Source: Thecamonas trahens ATCC 50062 (lineage: Eukaryota > Protista > Apusomonadida). Taken from it: a stretch of DNA of 64,000 nt. Within the stretch, counting starts at the first letter, position 1. Every line of letters begins with the position of its first letter. The stretch lies in NCBI RefSeq assembly GCF_000142905.1, contig NW_013657667.1:6801-70800 (forward strand), written 5' to 3'. The notes beneath the pieces are model-generated. The model was not told the origin of the DNA and did not search any database. It saw only the letters and a program-made list of their open reading frames with translations. The position numbers were made by a program, and so were the translations under genes. Shown piece after piece: positions 58,322-64,000 of the stretch.

Positions 58322-60565
58322 ATGTTTAACCGGCTGCGACGACGTGGTAAACGGGCGCACAAGTTTGTATTCCTTCTCACGGTCCACTCTGCCGAGGTCA
58401 AACGTGCTGCGCTGTCTGAGGGCTGGGAAGCCGAGGCCCGCGGCTTTGTGGCGAGATGGACGCATGGGGGACATGAAGCACGGACGAGTACAGCTGTTCT
58501 TGAACGGGGAGAAGTAGTGTGGGATGAAGAGCTGTCGATGACGGGCCGTTTGTACAAGCGGAGGGATGGCGATGACTACGATGACAAGCAATACAAGCTG
58601 AGATTGATTGAGGATGGCAAGCGATCGCACACAAGAGCCGTCCTCGTCCTCAACTTTGCCGACTTTGTCGCCGCTTCGCCTGTCCGTGGCGGCTTCCGTC
58701 ATCGTGTCTTTCTTATGGACGCAGACGCCAAGCGAGTCGCGCACTGCTCCATCAACATCTCGCTCTCTTGGCAGCGCATCTCCAAGGAGACCGGATCGCC
58801 GCTCGCCGACAACGTGCTCGACGAGACCACTACTTCGCTGACCCCCGGTGACCTCTCCGCCATGAACTCATCCGAGGACGAGACCTCTGACGGCTCATCC
58901 GCTGTCCCGCATGACTTTCCGCCTCACCATCTCGAGTCTGACGACGGCGGGATCGACGGCCTTCGTCGGAGCTCGTCGCGCCACCGCCACCACCACCATC
59001 GCCACTACCACCGCTCGCGGCGGAGCTCGTCAGCGACGGTGGCGGCGGCGGCGGCAGAATCTAGTGAGCTGCTGGATCTGGCTGGCCTCTCGCCGGCCGA
59101 CCGCGCCGCGGCCATCGAGGCTCGCGCTGCCCGCGCCGCCCGCCACCGCCGCGCCGATCAGTCGTGGGTCGAGGGCATCGTCGCCGCCGCCATGTACGCA
59201 CTGGCCCTGCCGCTGACGGCAGCGAGCCTGGCTGCCTGGTTTGTAGCCCTCCGCCCGGCGCCACGCACTCTTGCCGGCGCGCCAATGCGCGCACTCGCCG
59301 CGCTCAGCTGGTGCCTCATTGCCTTTGTCTGGCTCCGCGTCCTGGTGCTCGCCATCGGCACGCTCGCAACGCCGAGCTCGGTTGTCTGGTGGGTGCTCTC
59401 GCTCCTTGTAGGCACGCTGCTTGTTGGACGAGGCGCCGCCGCTGGCGCCGATGGCCCATACGACGTCTTGGGCCTGCCCAACATCCGCCCACGTGAGTTT
59501 GCACCCGAGCTCGGCTCGGCGATCCTCCTTGACACTCTTGCGGTCGTTGGCACCGTGTACGTGGCCGCAACTCTGACTCGCGCCCCTGCGCTTCTCGCTC
59601 TTGTCACCGCGCCGCCGACAGAGCCGGACTCGCTGCACTGCGCGATCGAAGTCTTGGTACTCGTCGGCGAGGCGACGCTCAATCTGACGGCACTGCCGCT
59701 GTGGGGCATGCTCCTTGCTGCGCCGTGGCGACTCGGAAGCCTCAAACTGAATGACGGTGCGGGTGCTGCAGCCGCTGCGCTTCTTGCCGGTGCCCTCGAT
59801 TGGATCTTGCTCGTGGCTGCCGGTCTGGCGTCGGCAGTCTCGCTCTCGCTCCCTCGCTGGGTGAGGGAGCTGCGCGCAGCTCAAGACGCCGACGGGCGGC
59901 AGGCCGTGTGCGTCGAGTATGTACAACGCGCCGCGACTCGCGTTTACGCTGCTCTTGTGACCTCGAACCCAGTCGGGCGAGGCGTGGTGGGAGCTGTTGC
60001 GACCTGTGCCCAGCTCGTCATCACCGGCGTCAACGCCGTTGCCGGCCTCATTGCAGATGCCGCCGGTAGCTCTGCCGCTGCTGCCGCTGGGGGTCTCTCT
60101 GGCTCGGGCGCGGTGCTGGCAAGCGCCGCGCTGGCGAGTCTCGCATGGGCCGGGCCGGCTGCGCTCGTGCTCATGCTCTCTACCGCCGCATGGGCGGCGT
60201 CGTGCGCCGTGGCGCCGCTAGCTGCCGGCGCGAGCGTGGCCAAGGACGGCGCGACGGCAGGCGCCGCGACTGTCGCCGACCTCATCGAGCCCGTCGTCGA
60301 CACCTGGCTCGCGGTATTGCGCGGCGGCGTCGGCCTCGCGCGCAGCATTGGAGTGCGCGGCTCGGTCCTTGTCGCGCAGCTGGCGCTTGTCGTCGTCGTT
60401 GGCGTGTGGCTCGCCCTCCCGCTCATCGGCGCAAGCGCGATTCTCCCGGGCTCGAGCATCGTCGCCGCCGCCAGTGTCATTGCCACCACCGCTCTCCTCC
60501 GCCGCGCCCCGGCCGAGATCGAGACTGCGTGGCACGAGTCGTCGGCGATGAGCGGGCGAGCGTAG
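58322..60565 (+). CDS. NT-C2 domain fused to a multi-pass hydrophobic membrane region
   Basis: KFVFLLTVHS..ARWTHG..VVWDEELSMTGRLYK..YDDKQYKL..LNFADFV is NT-C2-like. Many Leu/Ala/Val/Trp-rich segments follow. Confidence 0.72.
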   Translation: MFNRLRRRGKRAHKFVFLLTVHSAEVKRAALSEGWEAEARGFVARWTHGGHEARTSTAVLERGEVVWDEELSMTGRLYKRRDGDDYDDKQYKLRLIEDGKRSHTRAVLVLNFADFVAASPVRGGFRHRVFLMDADAKRVAHCSINISLSWQRISKETGSPLADNVLDETTTSLTPGDLSAMNSSEDETSDGSSAVPHDFPPHHLESDDGGIDGLRRSSSRHRHHHHRHYHRSRRSSSATVAAAAAESSELLDLAGLSPADRAAAIEARAARAARHRRADQSWVEGIVAAAMYALALPLTAASLAAWFVALRPAPRTLAGAPMRALAALSWCLIAFVWLRVLVLAIGTLATPSSVVWWVLSLLVGTLLVGRGAAAGADGPYDVLGLPNIRPREFAPELGSAILLDTLAVVGTVYVAATLTRAPALLALVTAPPTEPDSLHCAIEVLVLVGEATLNLTALPLWGMLLAAPWRLGSLKLNDGAGAAAAALLAGALDWILLVAAGLASAVSLSLPRWVRELRAAQDADGRQAVCVEYVQRAATRVYAALVTSNPVGRGVVGAVATCAQLVITGVNAVAGLIADAAGSSAAAAAGGLSGSGAVLASAALASLAWAGPAALVLMLSTAAWAASCAVAPLAAGASVAKDGATAGAATVADLIEPVVDTWLAVLRGGVGLARSIGVRGSVLVAQLALVVVVGVWLALPLIGASAILPGSSIVAAASVIATTALLRRAPAEIETAWHESSAMSGRA

Positions 60566-60629
60566 CCGGCTGCTTCAACAGCCGCTCTCTGTCTGCGCAG
60601 TGCAGTACAGTCGCGGCCAATAGAGCCGC

Positions 60630-61621
60630 TCAGCGGTTGCGCGAGACTGCCGCAGCCAGAGCTGCAGCCAGATCGCGAGCCTGGCTAAACGCCATCCGGG
60701 GGAGGACGGTGATGTTGGCAAGCAAGTTTGCCGCGAGGTCGCCCGACGCAAAGTACCGCCCAAAAAACTGCAGGGCGCGGAGCTGCGAGTCCAAGACGGC
60801 ACCAGCGCGGGCTGCGATTCGTGCGCCAGTCGCCTTGTACACATTGTACCAGTCTTCAGATTGGTACGGCGTGCCTCGGATGTCGCGAGCCAAAAGCGCT
60901 TCCTTGGTCGGGAAGCGGGCCCGCAGCTCCCGCCGCTTGCGCCCGAGCCGGGTGAGCATGACCGAGAGCTTGCGCGAGAGCAGAAAGTCTTCGATGAGGC
61001 CGAAGAGTGCGTCCGATGGCACCCATGCAGCCTTGGGCACAAAGACAAACTCCGGCAGGCCGTGGAGCGAGCGGGCAGGATCGGCCATGCTGTGATCCGA
61101 GTTGACCCTCAGCCGCGGCGGGCCGTGGCGGGCAAGCAGCTGTGCGTGGGCGCGCGATCCCCATGAGACAACGTGAAAGGTGACCCACATCGGCGACTCA
61201 AAGTGCTCAAACGAGTGGATGATCGAGACGTTGCGGAGAGTGTGCCGGGCGTACGGCTCGGGAAGACCTGGCTCGCCGAGAAGGCTCGCCTCGGGCGCCG
61301 CCGTGTACGCCTTTCTCCGCCAGCCCAAGCAGATCGAGGCATCGGACCATCGGATGACCAAGCCCACAGAGGTATCACTCTCCAGCACCATGGCAGGCAG
61401 CAGGAACTCGTGTGCCACAAAGGACAGTGCCTCAAGACCTTCATGAATCCGAGGGATGGAGGCGAGGAGCGGGCCGGTCTGACGCCACATGCCCGCCGCA
61501 CGGACGTGGCCATCGCTCGGGAAGGCCAAGTGGAGGAACTCGAGGTGGAGGAGCCGAGACGGTACCGCATACTCGCCCGTCCGTGTGAACCGGAGCGTGG
61601 GGAGAGTCCGGGCGTTGCCAT
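60630..61621 (-). CDS. Hypothetical protein. Probable start 61621 with a frameshift at the 4-base run 61599-61602
   Basis: The 299+ aa open frame lacks an early ATG. One added C links it to MATPGLSP. No domain recognised. Confidence 0.5.
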
Positions 61622-61735
61622 GGAGGTGAGCGGGCGCGAGTGAGGTGGCTGTGGGAAGGAGGGGACGGGCGGTGCGACCATGGCCGCCACTGGCCGCGGC
61701 TGAGAGCGGCTGACTACCGGGCCGACGCTCGGTTT

Positions 61736-64000
61736 TTACTTAAACTGGATCGGCGTGAACGTCTGCTCGGGCACAAACTGCATGGGCTCGCCGCGGAGCA
61801 TCCGCGATGCGTCCGACGGGCGGACAAACCAGCGGTACGGCGACTGGAAGACCGGGTGCTCTTCCTCCTCAATGACCGGCGGCTCGGCCTCGATCTCAGC
61901 GAGGACCTTGCGGGCGTGCTTAAGGTACGACGCCCGGGCCGCCGCGAGCTCGCCTGGCGCGACCTTGCCGGTGTGGATCTCGGGCGCGTGCGACATGCAG
62001 CCAGCGTCATACGAGATGTCGCGGAGCGTCCGCATGCGGTTGCTGAAGCCGACATGGACCCAGTCAGAGCCGTTGACAATCTCGTACACGGTGAGGAACT
62101 TGTACCCGTGCTCGGCCACAAAGGCCAGCGCGTCGAGCATGTACTTGACGTCTTCGGCGTTGAAAAAGTAGGCAAGGCCAAACCGCGAAAAGCCGGGCTT
62201 GACAATCGCCGAGTCATCGTCGAGCGACATGGCCTCAAAGAACGCCTGGATCTCTGCCCGCGTCAGCTGGAGGAGGTATGCGCCGAGCGGGCCGGCGCAT
62301 GCGCATCCGCCACGCGTCTGAATACCAAACAGATCGTTGAGGAGGACTGAGACAAAGTTGTGGTGGAGGTACAGGTTCGGATGGTCGTCGGGCCCGGCGT
62401 CGGGCACGGACGACTCGGACGTACCGGCGCCTGAGAGAGCCGACCGCGCCGAGTCGAGGTGAGTGTGCCACGGAACAGAGATGAGGAACGAGAAAATGGT
62501 CAGGTGCTCTGCTGACGACGCTCCCAGAATGTGCACGTTGTCCATGGCTCTGAACGCCTTGCGCGCCTTGGCAAGGTACTTGGCCTCGCGCGCGTGGATC
62601 GCTGCAGGCGTCACCGCTGCCTTGAGCTGGAACACAAGTCCGGCCCGGATGGCGCCGAGAATGTCCGGCGTGCCACCCTCCTCGCGGTACACCACAGCCT
62701 CGAGGTACGCATGGTCGTCGGCCGTCACCCAAAACACCGTTCCGCCACCTGGGTCCGCGCACGACTTGGAGCCAAACAGCTTCTTCTTGGCCACAAGCAC
62801 GCCCGGCGTCCCCGGCCCGCCCACAAACTTGTGGGTCGAGATGAACACAGCATCCTTGTCGGACACGTCGATGTCGACATACGGCGCCGCCGCAGCGTAG
62901 TCAAACATGACCAGTGCCCCGTACTCGCGGAGAACCTCGGTAATCGCCTTGGTGTTCGTCATCCGGCCGGTCACGTTCGAGCCTGCGGAGAAAGATCCGA
63001 TGAGCAGCTCGGTCCGCGATGCGTACAATTCCAACTTCTCGGCGAGCTCGTCCATGTCCGGCTCGCCAAACTCGTCGAGCCCGATGAGGACAACGTGCGC
63101 CCCGGACTCGCGCCACGGCAGCAAGTTCGAGTGGTGCTCCATGAGCGAGGTAAAGACCACAGCTTGGTACGAGTCCTGCAGCTCCATGCTCTTGGTCTCG
63201 TTCCACGCGCAGTGCGACGGCTCGAGCCCTAGCACGCGCGCCACCTTGAGAATCGCGCCTGTTGAGCCCGAGCCGGTGAAGAGGACCACGTCCTCGCACG
63301 CCGAACCGTGCACCGCCTCCAGAATAATCGACCGCGCGTCCGCCATAAACGATGATGTTTGCATCGACGTAGCCGTGTTGGACGAGTGCGTGTTGCCGTA
63401 CAGCGGGAGCACCTCGTTTCGCATGTAGTGTTCGATAAACTGCAGCGACCGCCCCGACGCCGTGTAGTCGGCATAGAGCATGACCCGATCGCCAAACGGC
63501 GTCGTCACAATCTGGTTGCATCCAATCACTGCATCCTATTCCCGCCAATAGCCGCCCGCCACAGCCACATCGCCGCCACCGCCACATCACCGCCACATCG
63601 CCACCGCGTCACCCCGCCACCCCCCCCCCCCCCGCGGCCACGGAATATCCACCCCGTCCGTCCGCCACAGTCCGCCACCACCATTCCCACCCACCCAATG
63701 TAAACATATACAACGTCTTCGTGTGAGTCTGGTCTTTGTGTGCTTCCCCCCTCTCCCATGCGACCCTCCAGCCGGCCTTGCCCGGGGGGGGGGGAGGGGG
63801 GAAGGGCGGGGACGATCATGATCGTGATCACCGCCACACGGCGGGGATCAAAGGCGGGGGAGGGGGGAGGGGGAGGGGGCCCGTTGAGAGGGCAACAGTC
63901 ATGGCAGGGCGATGGCCAGGAAGCGTACGTGGATGTACTCGAGAATGTCTTGACCTTGGCAAATAGCCCCCGAGTTGGCATTGTTGCCAGAGCTACACAG
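61736..64000 (-). CDS. Class-V PLP-dependent aminotransferase / cysteine desulfurase-like. Intron 63928-63536; the 5' end runs off the window
   Basis: Splicing gives ILEYIH|DAVIG..TPFG. Motifs YADYTASGR, YGNTHS, EHHSNLLPWRE, DYAAAAPY, ISTHKFVGGPG (PLP Lys), LLNDLFGIQTRGGCACAGP. Confidence 0.9.

Noticed and set aside
57931-58329. Small ORFs in the 57.7-58.3 kb intergenic region
   Set aside because: No recognisable motifs and atypical codon usage.

Overview
GC-rich, very compact eukaryotic nuclear DNA, not prokaryotic. It holds about 26 protein-coding genes with spliceosomal GT-AG introns: at most one per gene, always near the 5' end. Intergenic gaps are tiny, poly-C/poly-G tracts are common, and there are three N-gaps. 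Gene content (Kintoun/DNAAF2, TBCE, NEK, WHEP-GlyRS) and style point to a flagellated protist. It resembles an apusomonad such as Thecamonas, which is inference only. Recognisable genes: TRM1, STT3, GARS, COQ10, a POT/PTR transporter, an SNX8/Mvp1-like sorting nexin, a PAP2_C/SMS-like enzyme, DNAAF2, MCMDC2-like, a DnaJ, NEK6/7-like, lipin, an eIF4E-family protein, UTP25, TBCE and a class-V PLP cysteine-desulfurase-like enzyme. No rRNA, tRNA, CRISPR or mobile element is evident. About ten genes carry single-base frameshifts at short homopolymers, most likely sequencing errors. Top finding: a ~53-aa segment inside a eukaryotic NT-C2/coiled-coil protein (10427-10585) closely resembles the C-terminal domain of DotF/IcmG of the Legionella-type Dot/Icm type IVB secretion system. 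Other unusual architectures: a Ras-like G domain inserted inside a VPS9 GEF domain, a TM-PH-SMP-PH-IQ-RhoGEF fusion, a putative tail-anchored eIF4E, a degenerate class II photolyase and an NT-C2 domain fused to a multi-pass membrane region. All domain calls were made by eye from remembered family motifs; no searches were run.
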